Part shown: piece by piece, positions 47,287 through 56,893 of the stretch
Layout: every line of letters begins with the position of its first letter
Position numbering within the stretch: position 1 is the first letter of the stretch
Assembly (NCBI GenBank): GCA_032128415.1
Contig: JAQBGW010000096.1
Location: 2,592 to 66,591, forward strand
Direction of reading: 5' to 3'
Length of the DNA stretch: 64,000 nucleotides
DNA from: Betaproteobacteria bacterium
GTDB lineage: Bacteria > Pseudomonadota > Gammaproteobacteria > Burkholderiales > SG8-41
Program-made: the position numbers and the translations under genes
The notes under the pieces: generated by a model
Seen by the model: only the letters and a program-made list of their open reading frames with translations
What the model was told of the DNA's origin: nothing
Databases searched by the model: none

Positions 47287-47400
47287 CAGTGCAGAGTGCA
47301 AAGTGCAGGGTGCGAAATTTAAAAGCGGGCTAGTAACAAATATTGGCGGACATTGGCCTGCCGCTCCGCACTTATCATGTTGCACTTTGCGCGGGCACTA
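47287..47400. repeat. palindromic heptad-array element, copy 3 of 3 (most degenerate)
   Basis: The left arm is CAGTGCAGAGTGCAAAGTGCAGGGTGCG and the right arm is CGCACTTATCATGTTGCACTTTGCGCGGGCACTA. It fills the whole slt to NDUFA9-like spacer. Confidence 0.75.
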
Positions 47401-47401
47401 A

Positions 47402-49366
47402 CTACGGCGTGTCGCCCAACGGCTGTTCATCGTCGCGCACCCTCGGCTCGACGACGCCGATGCGCGCTTTCAGCGACTGGGCCTGTTGGCCAAAGTTATG
47501 CGCGTAGTAACTGGAGTTGGACATCACGTTCTTGACGTAGCCCCGCGTCTCTCTGAACGGAATGCTCTCGGCATAAATCGCCGCCTCCATCGGCTGGTCA
47601 GCACGCCACAGGCGCGCCCTGCTGGGACCAGCGTTGTAGGCGGCAGAGGCCAGCACCGGACTGCCATCCAGCTTATCGAGCACGTGCCGCAGGTAATAGG
47701 TGCCAAGACTTAGATTGGTCTCGACCTCGGTCACTTTCGACCAGTGCCAGTTCTTCAATCCGATTTTTCGCGCTACCCAGCGCGCCGTCGCCGGCATCAG
47801 TTGCATCAAACCGCCGGCCCCGGCGCTGGACCTGGCCTGGACGATGAAACGGCTCTCCTGGCGTATCAATCCATTGACCCAGGCCTCGTCAAGGTCGAGC
47901 TTGCGCGCCGCTGCCTGCAGCTGTTCGCGAAAGGGCGCGAGATAACGCAGTCCGAAATCATGTTCGACCAAGGTACGCTCGGCGGTGTTGATCGCACGAT
48001 CGTACACCGCGTTACGACGTGCGAGTTCCGCGGCAACCAGTAGCGACCGGTCGTCGAAGCCGCGAATCGCCCACAGCCATTCACGCACGGCTTCCAGCCG
48101 AACATCGAGCCGGAACAATGCCAGCGCGCGCTGGATGCCCGGCTTTTCAGCCAGCGCCTGAATCTCGGTATCGGTCGGCTTGTAGCCCGGCGCAGGGACC
48201 TGCACTGTTCCGCCCAGATCTTCCAGCGCAAGTTGTCCATAAAAATTAAATTCCGCCGCCAGCGGCTTGAGCAGCGCCGTCACCTCGGCCTCGCGTCCAG
48301 TCACATTCAGTGCGCGGGCCTTCCAGTAGCGCCATGCCGGATCTTCGGCTTCCTTCGGCGTCATCGCCGCAATGGCTGCCAGCACTTCCGGCCAATTCCC
48401 CTCGCGCAACGCGGCGCGTGTTTTCCAGGCAAGCTGCAAATCGCTCATGTCCGCGGCCTGCGCAAACCAGTCGAGCGCCGCCGGATCGTGCTTCAATGCA
48501 CCGAAGTAGGCGATCATCCCCCAAACGTAGGCACGTTCGTCTTCGCCAAAACGCGGGGCAAGTTTCACCCAGTGCGCCGCCGCCTGCGGCGGCGACGATC
48601 GCGCAAGGCGATAAACCGCAAACATCGCTGCTTCACGCGCAGCGCGGCTTTTGACATTCAGACTGCGTTTTCTCAGATGGCCTGCGGGATTGCCGGAAAT
48701 AGCTGACAATAAACGAGGGTCGGGCGCCTCCCCTTTGGGCAGATAAGCCGCAACCCCATTGGCCAGCCTGACCTGTCCCACTTCGAGCGCCAGCCGCACC
48801 CGCGTCCAGATATCTTCAACTGACAATTGCCGCGAACTGATCAGTGCCTCGAACAGCGGATCACAACTGTCAGGCATATCGCGCGCCACGAACCATAACG
48901 GACGCGCTTCCCGCAGCGCCAGCGTGTCGATACGAATGCGTGCCTGTAAGGCATAACAGGTCAATTCCAGATCATCGTTGACTAATGCCGGCAGTTCGGC
49001 GTCGAACAAATCCCACTGCCCGTTCTCGCCCAGCAGCTTCAACCAGTCGCGCCGCAGGATGTCGGACAGCGGGATATCGCGATGCTGCGCCAGATACGCA
49101 CGAATCTCTGCAGGCTCGCGCGCTTCCAGGTTTTGCTGGAGATGCCAGTAGCGCACATAGGGCTCCAGCAGATGGCCCTTGAATCGAGGCAGCAATTGCT
49201 CCAGCCGCTTGCCATCGTTGGTGCGCGCCGCATCGCGCGCCACCAGAAAATCATTATCGAGACCGGCGGCACCGGTGGCAAACGCGCAGCACAACGCGGC
49301 GCTTGCGCATGCCGATCGCAGCCAGTGCCCAGCGCGCCCTGCCACTACCACCCCTGAATAGAACAT
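47402..49366 (-). CDS. slt: soluble lytic murein transglycosylase (Slt70-like)
   Basis: 654 aa with a signal peptide, a superhelical U-domain and a C-terminal SLT catalytic domain (ESRF..., GLMQLMPATA, AYNAGP). Confidence 0.9.
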   Translation of the reverse strand: MFYSGVVVAGRAGHWLRSACASAALCCAFATGAAGLDNDFLVARDAARTNDGKRLEQLLPRFKGHLLEPYVRYWHLQQNLEAREPAEIRAYLAQHRDIPLSDILRRDWLKLLGENGQWDLFDAELPALVNDDLELTCYALQARIRIDTLALREARPLWFVARDMPDSCDPLFEALISSRQLSVEDIWTRVRLALEVGQVRLANGVAAYLPKGEAPDPRLLSAISGNPAGHLRKRSLNVKSRAAREAAMFAVYRLARSSPPQAAAHWVKLAPRFGEDERAYVWGMIAYFGALKHDPAALDWFAQAADMSDLQLAWKTRAALREGNWPEVLAAIAAMTPKEAEDPAWRYWKARALNVTGREAEVTALLKPLAAEFNFYGQLALEDLGGTVQVPAPGYKPTDTEIQALAEKPGIQRALALFRLDVRLEAVREWLWAIRGFDDRSLLVAAELARRNAVYDRAINTAERTLVEHDFGLRYLAPFREQLQAAARKLDLDEAWVNGLIRQESRFIVQARSSAGAGGLMQLMPATARWVARKIGLKNWHWSKVTEVETNLSLGTYYLRHVLDKLDGSPVLASAAYNAGPSRARLWRADQPMEAAIYAESIPFRETRGYVKNVMSNSSYYAHNFGQQAQSLKARIGVVEPRVRDDEQPLGDTP

Positions 49367-49388
49367 AACCTATTGATTATAATGTGTT

Positions 49389-50915
49389 TTATGATAAAAA
49401 TAAGCGGTAGGCCGGATTCCTAGTTTCGTCTTGCCAAGGATAACCGACCTGGGCCAGAAACTTCGCAAATCGCGTCTTGTCCGCCGGCGGCACTTCCATT
49501 CCCACCAGTACGCGTCCGTAATCCGCGCCGTGATTCCGATAATGAAACAGACTGATGTTCCAGTCGCGGCTCATGCTGTTGAGAAAACGCATCAGCGCAC
49601 CAGGGCGTTCGGGAAACTCGAAGCGGTAGAGAATCTCATTTTTTGCGCCCGGCGCGTGACCACCAACCATATGACGCACATGCAGCTTGGCAAGTTCATT
49701 TCCACTCAAATCCAGTGTTTGCAGCCCGCGCCGCCGCAGCGCCCGCACCAGTTGCACTGTTTCCTTGCGATTACGCACCTGCACGCCGACGAATACGTGC
49801 GCCCGCCGTGCATCGTCGTAACGATAATTGAATTCGGTGACGTTGCGCTGGCCGAGCATCGCGCAAAACGCCTTGAAACTGCCGGGCGTTTCCGGAATGG
49901 TCACGGCGAGGACTGCCTCGCGGTTTTCGCCGAGTTCGGCTTCCTCCGCGACAAACCGCAGCCGGTCAAAGTTCATGTTGGCGCCGCAGGCCACCGCCAC
50001 GCAGGTCGCATTTCGGCTGCGTTTGCGCTCGGCCCAGACCTTGGCACCGGCAATCGCCAGCGCGCCTGCCGGCTCGAGTATGGCGCGGGTATCTTCGAAA
50101 ACGTCCTTGATCGCCGCGCACATGGCGTCGGTATCCACCCTGATCACTTCGTCCACCAGTTCCCGGCACAACCGGAAGGTTTCCTTGCCGACCTGTTTGA
50201 CCGCGACACCGTCGGCAAACAGTCCGACCTGCTTCAGCTTCACCCGGCGCCCGGCCTTCAGCGACTGGTACATCGCATCGGCATCGGTAGGCTCGACGCC
50301 AATCACCTTGATTTCAGGTCGCAGGCGCTTCACGTAAGCCGCAATGCCGGCTATCAGCCCACCACCGCCGATGGCAACGAAAATCGCAGCGATGGGTTCC
50401 GGATGCTGGCGCAGGATTTCCATGGCGATCGTGCCCTGCCCGGCAATCACGTCGGGATCGTCGTACGGGTGCACGTAGGTCAGTTTGCCGCGCCGCTGGA
50501 GCATGGCCGCGTGTGCCGCCGCTTCATCGTAGGAATCGCCATGCAGCACCACTTTGGCACCGCGGGCGCGCACCGCATCGACCTTGATGTCCGGGGTAGT
50601 CACCGGCATGACAATGGTGGCCGCGCAGCCCAGGCGCTGTGCTGCCAGGGCCACGCCCTGCGCATGATTGCCGGCTGAGGCTGCGATCACACCGCGACGC
50701 AGGGCCTCCGACGGCAGATGCACCATCTTGTTGTAGGCACCGCGCAGCTTGAATGAAAACACCGACTGCATGTCTTCGCGCTTGAGCAGAATGCGGTTGT
50801 GCATGCGCCGTGACAGATTCGGCGCCAGTTCCAGCGGGGTTTCGACGGCGACGTCATAAACCCGTGCGTTGAGGATGCGCTCCAGATAATCTGTTTTTTT
50901 GATCGTTTTTTTCAC
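49389..50915 (-). CDS. ilvA: threonine ammonia-lyase, biosynthetic
   Basis: 508 aa from the GTG at 50915 (VKKTIKKTDYLERILNARVYD, preceded by GAGAG). It has the PLP-Lys motif FSFKLRGA and a tandem C-terminal regulatory domain. The track ORF is over-extended by 49 codons. Confidence 0.92.
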   Translation of the reverse strand: MKKTIKKTDYLERILNARVYDVAVETPLELAPNLSRRMHNRILLKREDMQSVFSFKLRGAYNKMVHLPSEALRRGVIAASAGNHAQGVALAAQRLGCAATIVMPVTTPDIKVDAVRARGAKVVLHGDSYDEAAAHAAMLQRRGKLTYVHPYDDPDVIAGQGTIAMEILRQHPEPIAAIFVAIGGGGLIAGIAAYVKRLRPEIKVIGVEPTDADAMYQSLKAGRRVKLKQVGLFADGVAVKQVGKETFRLCRELVDEVIRVDTDAMCAAIKDVFEDTRAILEPAGALAIAGAKVWAERKRSRNATCVAVACGANMNFDRLRFVAEEAELGENREAVLAVTIPETPGSFKAFCAMLGQRNVTEFNYRYDDARRAHVFVGVQVRNRKETVQLVRALRRRGLQTLDLSGNELAKLHVRHMVGGHAPGAKNEILYRFEFPERPGALMRFLNSMSRDWNISLFHYRNHGADYGRVLVGMEVPPADKTRFAKFLAQVGYPWQDETRNPAYRLFLS

Positions 50916-51046
50916 GTTTCTCTCAAATGCATTTCCGGTAAATTCCTGATATCCAAAGGTTATCAGGAATGACGCCCTCAGGCGATGCATGCCGGCCGCT
51001 GAACGATTCGTGTATATTGAATTGCTGGTGCAACATGGAGCGAAAG

Positions 51047-51727
51047 ATGAGTCAAGACGCACTCAAACAGGCGGCAGCAAAGGCAGCAGTGGCCCTGGTG
51101 CCGGCGGGCAGCATCGTCGGCGTCGGCACCGGCTCGACGGTCAATTTTTTCATTGACGAACTGGCGCTCATCAAGAACCGCATCGACGGCGCCGTATCCA
51201 GTTCGGAGGCCAGCGCCAAACGCCTCAGGGCCGCCGGCATCGAAGTGCTGGAACTGAACAACGCGCGCGATCTCCCGGTGTATGTTGATGGCGCCGATGA
51301 GATAACGCGGCACCTGATGATGATCAAGGGCGGCGGTGGTGCGCTGACCCGCGAGAAAATCGTTGCCGCAGTGGCGCAGAAATTCATCTGCATCGCCGAC
51401 ACCTCGAAGCTGGTCGATGTGCTGGGGCGTTTCCCGCTGCCGGTGGAAGTCATTCCGATGGCACGCTCTTACGTAGCGCGCGAGATCGTCAAACTGGGCG
51501 GCCAACCGGAATGGCGGGCCAATTTCGTCACCGACAACGGCAATTTGATTCTTGATGTGCATAACCTGACCATCCTTGATCCAACGGCACTGGAAACGCG
51601 GCTGAACCAGATTACGGGGGTGGTCACCAATGGTCTGTTCGCGCGTCGCGGCGCAGATGTGCTGTTGCTTGCCGGGAAGTCCGGCGTAGAAACGCTGCAT
51701 CGGTCTTCCGCCACAAACCCGTCATAA
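51047..51727 (+). CDS. rpiA: ribose-5-phosphate isomerase A
   Basis: 226 aa from the ATG at 51047, with a GGAG SD 7 nt upstream. It has GVGTGST, DGADE and [11 protein letters not shown] motifs. Confidence 0.94.
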   Translation: MSQDALKQAAAKAAVALVPAGSIVGVGTGSTVNFFIDELALIKNRIDGAVSSSEASAKRLRAAGIEVLELNNARDLPVYVDGADEITRHLMMIKGGGGALTREKIVAAVAQKFICIADTSKLVDVLGRFPLPVEVIPMARSYVAREIVKLGGQPEWRANFVTDNGNLILDVHNLTILDPTALETRLNQITGVVTNGLFARRGADVLLLAGKSGVETLHRSSATNPS

Positions 51728-51857
51728 AGCGGCGCCGCACAAATACCCCTTGCGCACCATGGCAGTTCGTACGTGCGTGGTACACTGGCCCGCACATATG
51801 GGAGCCAATGTGCGATGAAACATTGCCTGACGGTAATGACCGCTGGAGTCTGCTGAG

Positions 51858-53375
51858 GTGGCCGACCAGTCCACCATTGCCGCCGTTGACCTCGGCTCCA
51901 ACTCGTTTCATTGCCAGATCGCCCGCGTTGCCGATGATCATTTTATTCCCCTAGATTCTTTGCGCGAACCGGTGCGCCTCGGCGCCGGCCTGGGCAAAGA
52001 CAAGAAACTCGACGAGGAATCGCAGGATCGCGCATTGGCCTGCCTGGCGCGCTTCGGCGAACGATTGCGCGGCCTCGATCACCGCACGGTGCGCGCAGTA
52101 GGCACCAATACACTGCGCGTCGCCAAGAACGCCAAGCCATTCCTGAGAAAAGCACGCGCCGCGCTGGGCTTCCCGATCGAAGTCGTGGCCGGGCGCGAGG
52201 AAGCGCGCCTGATCTATCTGGGCGTATCCCACAGCCTGCCGGCTTCGCGCGAAAAACGGCTGGTGGTCGACATCGGCGGCGGCTCCACCGAATGCATCAT
52301 CGGCACCGGCTACAAGCCGCTCAAACTGGAAAGCCTGTTCATGGGCTGCGTGTCCTACAGCCTGCGTTTTTTCCGCGACGGCCGCATCACCAAGTCGGCG
52401 CTGAAGGAAGCCGAGCTCGCAGCACGCACAGAACTTGAACCCATGGTCGGCAGCTATACCCGGGGCAACTGGCAACAGGCCGTCGGCTCGTCAGGCACCA
52501 TACGCGCGATTGCCGAAATTCTGCAACTGTCCGGCTATACCGACGGTCCGATCACACTGGCCGGACTCGACCGTCTGCGCAGCCAGTTGATCAAGGCCGG
52601 TGACATCGCAACCGCAGATCTGCCAGGATTGCGTCCGGACCGGCTGCCGGTACTGATTGGCGGCATCGCCATTTTGTACGCGGTACTCGATGAACTGAAC
52701 ATCGACGCCATGACCCCCGCCACCGGCGCGATGCGCCAGGGCATTCTCTACGACATGCTGGGCCGTTTTCATAATCAGGACATGCGCGATGTCACCGTTG
52801 CCCAGTTCATGCAGCGCTACCACGTCGATGAGCAGCAGGCCCGGCGTGTCGGCACCTGTGCTGCAGCACTTTATGAAAAACTGGCTGGTGACGCCGCCGA
52901 TGAAGATGCGCCGCGACTGCTGGCATGGGCAGCCAAACTGCATGAAATCGGTATTCCGGTCGCCTACAGCGGCTATCACAAGCATTCGGCGTACATCATC
53001 AGCAACGCCGACATGCCCGGATTCTCGCGGGGGGAACAAGTGCGCCTCGCAGCGCTGGTGCTAAGCCACCGCCGCTCACTCAAGAAATCCCAGGAATCAC
53101 TGCCTGACGAGGATGATCAGCCGATGATTCTCGCCCTGCGTCTGGCCGTATTGTTGTGTCGTGCCCGGCGCGAAGCGCGGTTTCCTTCACTGGAGGTCAA
53201 GCTGCAGGAGAATCGCGTGCGGCTGGCCTTCGACGCAACGTGGCTTGAAGCCAACCCGCTGACCGCCACGGCGCTGCGCGAAGAAGTTGCCGAATGGGCA
53301 CGCATCGGACAGGAATTGAAAATTCCCGGTCTCGACAGTATTGTGCTCGCACAGGAACCCGTACTGGCAGATTGA
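51858..53375 (+). CDS. ppx: exopolyphosphatase (Ppx/GppA family)
   Basis: 505 aa, using a GTG start, with AAVDLGSNSFH and DIGGGSTE actin-like ATPase motifs and a C-terminal HD-like domain. Confidence 0.92.
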   Translation: MADQSTIAAVDLGSNSFHCQIARVADDHFIPLDSLREPVRLGAGLGKDKKLDEESQDRALACLARFGERLRGLDHRTVRAVGTNTLRVAKNAKPFLRKARAALGFPIEVVAGREEARLIYLGVSHSLPASREKRLVVDIGGGSTECIIGTGYKPLKLESLFMGCVSYSLRFFRDGRITKSALKEAELAARTELEPMVGSYTRGNWQQAVGSSGTIRAIAEILQLSGYTDGPITLAGLDRLRSQLIKAGDIATADLPGLRPDRLPVLIGGIAILYAVLDELNIDAMTPATGAMRQGILYDMLGRFHNQDMRDVTVAQFMQRYHVDEQQARRVGTCAAALYEKLAGDAADEDAPRLLAWAAKLHEIGIPVAYSGYHKHSAYIISNADMPGFSRGEQVRLAALVLSHRRSLKKSQESLPDEDDQPMILALRLAVLLCRARREARFPSLEVKLQENRVRLAFDATWLEANPLTATALREEVAEWARIGQELKIPGLDSIVLAQEPVLAD

Positions 53376-53404
53376 ACTGCTGCAACCGCAGCAGTTATTT
53401 TTTC
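53376..53404 (+). terminator. intrinsic terminator after ppx, overlapping the ppk2 stop
   Basis: ACTGCTGC-AACC-GCAGCAGT forms a perfect 8-bp stem (53376-53395), followed by TATTTTTTT. The T-run doubles as the KKK* codons of the convergent ppk2. Confidence 0.6.
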
Positions 53405-54915
53405 TTGCGTCTGTTCTTCCCGGGCTTTTCGATGCGTGCCAGCGCGCCTTCGACTGCTTCGGTCAGCGTGCGCAGCACCTTCACCCGTGCAAAATACTTG
53501 TTGTCGGCCTCGACCAGTGTCCACGGTGCAAGACCGGTCGAAGTGCGGTCAACCATGTCACAAACAGCCAATTCATAGGCGTCCCATTTTTTCCGGTTAC
53601 GCCAGTCCTCATCAGTAATCTTGAAGCGCTTGAACGAAACCTTCTCGCGCTCCTTGAAGCGCCGGTACTGTTCTTCCTTGCTGGTAGTAAGCCAGAACTT
53701 CACTACCAACACATTGTGCTGCGTCAATTGCTGCTCGAAATCGTTGATTTCCGAGTAAGCGCGCATCCAGTCGGGTTCCTTGCAGAACCCCTCAACACGC
53801 TCGACCAGCACGCGCCCGTACCAGGAACGGTCGAAAATCACCAGCCTGCCGCGCCGCGGAATATGCCGCCAGAAACGCCACAGGTAGGGTTGTGCGCGCT
53901 CCTCCTCGGTCGGCGCCGCAACGGAAATCGACTGATAACTCCGCGCGTCGAGCGCCCGGGTGACGCGGCGGATCGCGCCGCCCTTGCCGGCGGCGTCATT
54001 GCCTTCGAATACCGCAACTACCGACATTTGCTTCAGACGCGGATCGCGAAACAGCACATTGATCCGTCCCTGCCAGTGTTCGAGTTGCTTCTCGTATGCC
54101 TTCTTCGACAGCGTCTGGTCGAGCCGCAGCGCGCGGATTACATTGAGTTTGTCGGCCGGCGGTAGCAGCGGCGGATTGCGATCAGGCAGACGCTCCACGG
54201 GTTTCTCGTCGAGCCGCTCGCGCTGCGCCGCGAGCAGTGTACGTCCCACCGTCAGGCTGCGATAGCGCGGGTCGGCGCCGGCCACCACCAGCCAAGGCGC
54301 CTCGCCGGTGCTGGTCTTGCGCACAAAAGGTTCGCACACCGCTTTGAAATCGTCATAGTGCTTGTACAGTTCCCAGTCTTTTTTGGTGACGCGCCAACTG
54401 GTTTCCGGATCCTTCTCGAGTTCGCGCAACCGTTTTTTCTGCTGCGGCTTGGACAGGTGAAACCAGAATTTCAGCAGCAGCACGCCTTCGTCCACGAGCA
54501 TGCGCTCGAGCCGGAGAATCTCGCTGATATGCTGGTCGAACTGCCCGGCGCTGATGCGTCCGCTGACCCGATCAACGATGGGCTGGGTATGCCAGGCGCC
54601 GAAGAAAACGCCGATCTTGCCCTTGGGCGGCAATGCCCGCCAGTAGCGCCAGGCACGCGGACGCTCGTTCTCTTCATCGGAAGGTTCGGCGAATCCGCAT
54701 ACCTCAATATGACGTGGATCCATCCATTCATTGAGCAAATTGACTGTTTCGCCTTTGCCCGCACCCTCGACGCCCGCAATCAGGATCAATGTAGCAAATT
54801 TTCCATTCTGCTTCAGGTCGTATTGCGCGTTGAGCAGGGCATCGCGCAGCTTCGGCTCTTCGCGCCGGTACGCGGCCTTCTCGATGCGGTGGGAAAGGCT
54901 GGCTGATTCAAACAT
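53395..54915 (-). CDS. ppk2: two-domain polyphosphate kinase 2 (polyphosphate:AMP phosphotransferase type)
   Basis: 506 aa from the ATG at 54915, with an AGGAGG SD. It has two PPK2 repeats, each with a Walker A-like loop (GVEGAGKGE; GNDAAGKGG). The track ORF is over-extended by 65 Arg/Cys-rich codons. Confidence 0.9.
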   Translation of the reverse strand: MFESASLSHRIEKAAYRREEPKLRDALLNAQYDLKQNGKFATLILIAGVEGAGKGETVNLLNEWMDPRHIEVCGFAEPSDEENERPRAWRYWRALPPKGKIGVFFGAWHTQPIVDRVSGRISAGQFDQHISEILRLERMLVDEGVLLLKFWFHLSKPQQKKRLRELEKDPETSWRVTKKDWELYKHYDDFKAVCEPFVRKTSTGEAPWLVVAGADPRYRSLTVGRTLLAAQRERLDEKPVERLPDRNPPLLPPADKLNVIRALRLDQTLSKKAYEKQLEHWQGRINVLFRDPRLKQMSVVAVFEGNDAAGKGGAIRRVTRALDARSYQSISVAAPTEEERAQPYLWRFWRHIPRRGRLVIFDRSWYGRVLVERVEGFCKEPDWMRAYSEINDFEQQLTQHNVLVVKFWLTTSKEEQYRRFKEREKVSFKRFKITDEDWRNRKKWDAYELAVCDMVDRTSTGLAPWTLVEADNKYFARVKVLRTLTEAVEGALARIEKPGKNRRKKK

Positions 54916-54923
54916 GGGGCCTC

Positions 54924-55367
54924 CTACAAAATTGCCGGTGTCAGCACGGCGCGCACTTGCACGCCGCCATCCGCATCGCGTGCAATCCACCAGATTGCGC
55001 CTTTCTTGACACTCCAAGGCGCGGCCTCGCCGGTCAGCGCCAGCGCCACAACGGCACCCAGCGTCGGCTGATGGCCGACGACGACAAGGGTGCCGACACC
55101 ATCGGGCCAACCCGCCGCCTTGAGCACCTCGCCCGGCGTCGCGGCAGTCGATGCGGCTTTATCGATATGGACACTCCCGGTCAATGCCGCCGCGGTTTCG
55201 CGGGCGCGCAGCGCGGGGCTGACGATCACCCGGTAGTCCGCGGGTAGGCGCGCAGTGAGCCAAGCCGCCATTTTTTTTGCCTGTTTGCGGCCCTTGGCGG
55301 TTAGTTGCCGTGCATCATCCGGCACCCCATCCTCCGCATCCGCATGCCGCCACAGAATCAGGTTCAT
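54924..55367 (-). CDS. sixA: phosphohistidine phosphatase SixA
   Basis: 147 aa from the ATG at 55367 (MNLILWRHADAE, the RH catalytic motif). It also has SPALRARET and VGHQP. Confidence 0.85.
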   Translation of the reverse strand: MNLILWRHADAEDGVPDDARQLTAKGRKQAKKMAAWLTARLPADYRVIVSPALRARETAAALTGSVHIDKAASTAATPGEVLKAAGWPDGVGTLVVVGHQPTLGAVVALALTGEAAPWSVKKGAIWWIARDADGGVQVRAVLTPAIL

Positions 55368-55369
55368 GT

Positions 55370-56893
55370 TCACCTTCCCCAGGGTTGGCGCGCCGCACAA
55401 AACCCACGCCATACCCGTTGCAGTTTCATGCGCCGGGCTGCAGCTCGCGCCTGATGCCAGCCGCGCACGCTACGAACCGCAGCGCCGACATCCTGATCGG
55501 ACATCGCGACCATCGTCGCTGCAAGCAACGGCTCTACCGCGGCTGCGTCATTGATGACACCCAGTATATCTTGCAGCTTTGCCAGCCACGTACGCTGTAC
55601 AGTCATCTTATTGATCTGGAACAAACCGGCAAAGAATTCAACCGCGTATCTGAGTTTTTTCACTGCAATACGCAACTGATGCAATTCAGCATCGGTGCAT
55701 TGCTCAAGACGGCGGCCGCGCTTGATGACGCGGGCATGAGCTGCAGCCAGCGTGCGCGCGGCATGAATCCGTGCCGGTTCATACCAGCCCGCGGAAGTGG
55801 CCGGCGGCAAGCCCGCCAACCAGCCCCCAAGCTGCAACAAGCAAGAATTATAACTATTTGTTTTTATTGATAATTTAGCGCTGCGCCGGGCTGTGGCACG
55901 ACGTTGGTCACACACTTTCAAAAAGGCCGGCGCCAAAGAGGGCCTGGTTGAGACCGCCGCCATCGCCGGCAACGTTTCGCTCACCAGCATGTCCCAATTG
56001 CGCGCCGCCGCCAGGTCAGCCGAGATCGCGCGCAAGGTCGCCGCATGCCGCATGGCCGACTCCCCCAACGGTTCTCGAAACAGGCTTAACGCCGAACGCA
56101 GGCGGCGGATGCCGACGCGCATTTGGTGCAAATACTCCGGATTATCGGATTCGATCACGCCGCGCTCGTTGGCATGGATTTGCGCCAGCCCCGCTGCGGC
56201 AATCGCGTGGAATGCATCTCCCGTATTCATCTTTCGCGTCAACCTCACCAGCGATGCCTTTGCCGGGATCGCGATCTGCGGATTGAACAGGGCGTAACCG
56301 CGTTCCGCCTTGGAGCGGTGCTCCAGCGCCAGCGGTACCTGCTCCGCCAGCCTGTGCGCCAGATCGAACAACGCACTGACCGGACCGCCCTTCAACTCGA
56401 GCTCCAGTTCGCAGATCCGTTCACGGCGCCGCCCACTGCGGATCACGCCACGGTCAATGGCTGCTTCGATCAGCACACCGGGAACGGGTTCAAGCAGGCG
56501 CAATGTACGGGTAATCTCGGTATGCAACACGGGCACCAGTGCCGCCGCAATTTTGCGCGACCGCAGGATTTTCGTGAGCGGATGCAACGGCAGCACCGAA
56601 ACATCGGGGCGATCACTGCCTATCACAGTTTCTATTTCCAGCCGTGCATGCACGCCGGACTCGACCGTGCCGCCGCCTTTCACCGCCTGCAACCAGCGCC
56701 CACCTTCGCGGCGCACGCGCAGAGCAAGGCGATTTCGCCACAGGTGCAACGCCGGCGTATCAAAATAGGCGGCGACGAGTTGCTGTGTGCGCGTGCCTCG
56801 CGGCGAAGTCAGCACCGGGGAAGACAGTACTTCATGCAAACAGGACGGCGAAAAACGCAGCTTGAGTTCGGTTTCAGTCGCAACAGCGGTCAT
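55370..56893 (-). CDS. CYTH (triphosphate tunnel) - CHAD domain protein
   Basis: 507 aa. The N-terminal ETELKL (ExExK) motif with the beta-barrel region identifies CYTH. The C-terminal half is helical with HQMRVGIRRLR and HQLRIAVKKLRY repeats typical of CHAD. Its start overlaps the ppk1 stop in an ATGA overlap. Confidence 0.85.
   Translation of the reverse strand: MTAVATETELKLRFSPSCLHEVLSSPVLTSPRGTRTQQLVAAYFDTPALHLWRNRLALRVRREGGRWLQAVKGGGTVESGVHARLEIETVIGSDRPDVSVLPLHPLTKILRSRKIAAALVPVLHTEITRTLRLLEPVPGVLIEAAIDRGVIRSGRRRERICELELELKGGPVSALFDLAHRLAEQVPLALEHRSKAERGYALFNPQIAIPAKASLVRLTRKMNTGDAFHAIAAAGLAQIHANERGVIESDNPEYLHQMRVGIRRLRSALSLFREPLGESAMRHAATLRAISADLAAARNWDMLVSETLPAMAAVSTRPSLAPAFLKVCDQRRATARRSAKLSIKTNSYNSCLLQLGGWLAGLPPATSAGWYEPARIHAARTLAAAHARVIKRGRRLEQCTDAELHQLRIAVKKLRYAVEFFAGLFQINKMTVQRTWLAKLQDILGVINDAAAVEPLLAATMVAMSDQDVGAAVRSVRGWHQARAAARRMKLQRVWRGFCAARQPWGR

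Noticed and set aside
49431-50678. A 415-aa ORF antisense to ilvA. Similar cases are 5307-6296 opposite ampG, 12254-13165 opposite mreB/mreC, 10419-11246 opposite gatA and 56123-56977 opposite the CYTH-CHAD gene.
   Set aside because: These are all shadow ORFs opposite well-supported genes. They have Arg/His/Gln-rich low-complexity translations and no start-site signals.
54916-55110. A 65-codon N-terminal extension of ppk2 in the track (571 aa).
   Set aside because: The extension is Arg/Cys-rich, overlaps the sixA coding region, and precedes a textbook AGGAGG-N5-ATG at 54915, where family similarity begins. The same reasoning was applied to the over-extended track starts of mreB, ilvA, rpiA, metF, metX, ptsI, HPr, lpxL, gatA, sixA, yggX, trkA, the MidA-like gene and the dioxygenase-like gene.
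55365-55372. The junction TGAACATG between the CYTH-CHAD and sixA genes is identical to the GST/dioxygenase junction in the 52-bp repeat.
   Set aside because: Only 8 nt are shared and the flanking sequence is unrelated. I treat it as a coincidental stop-AC-start coupling motif.
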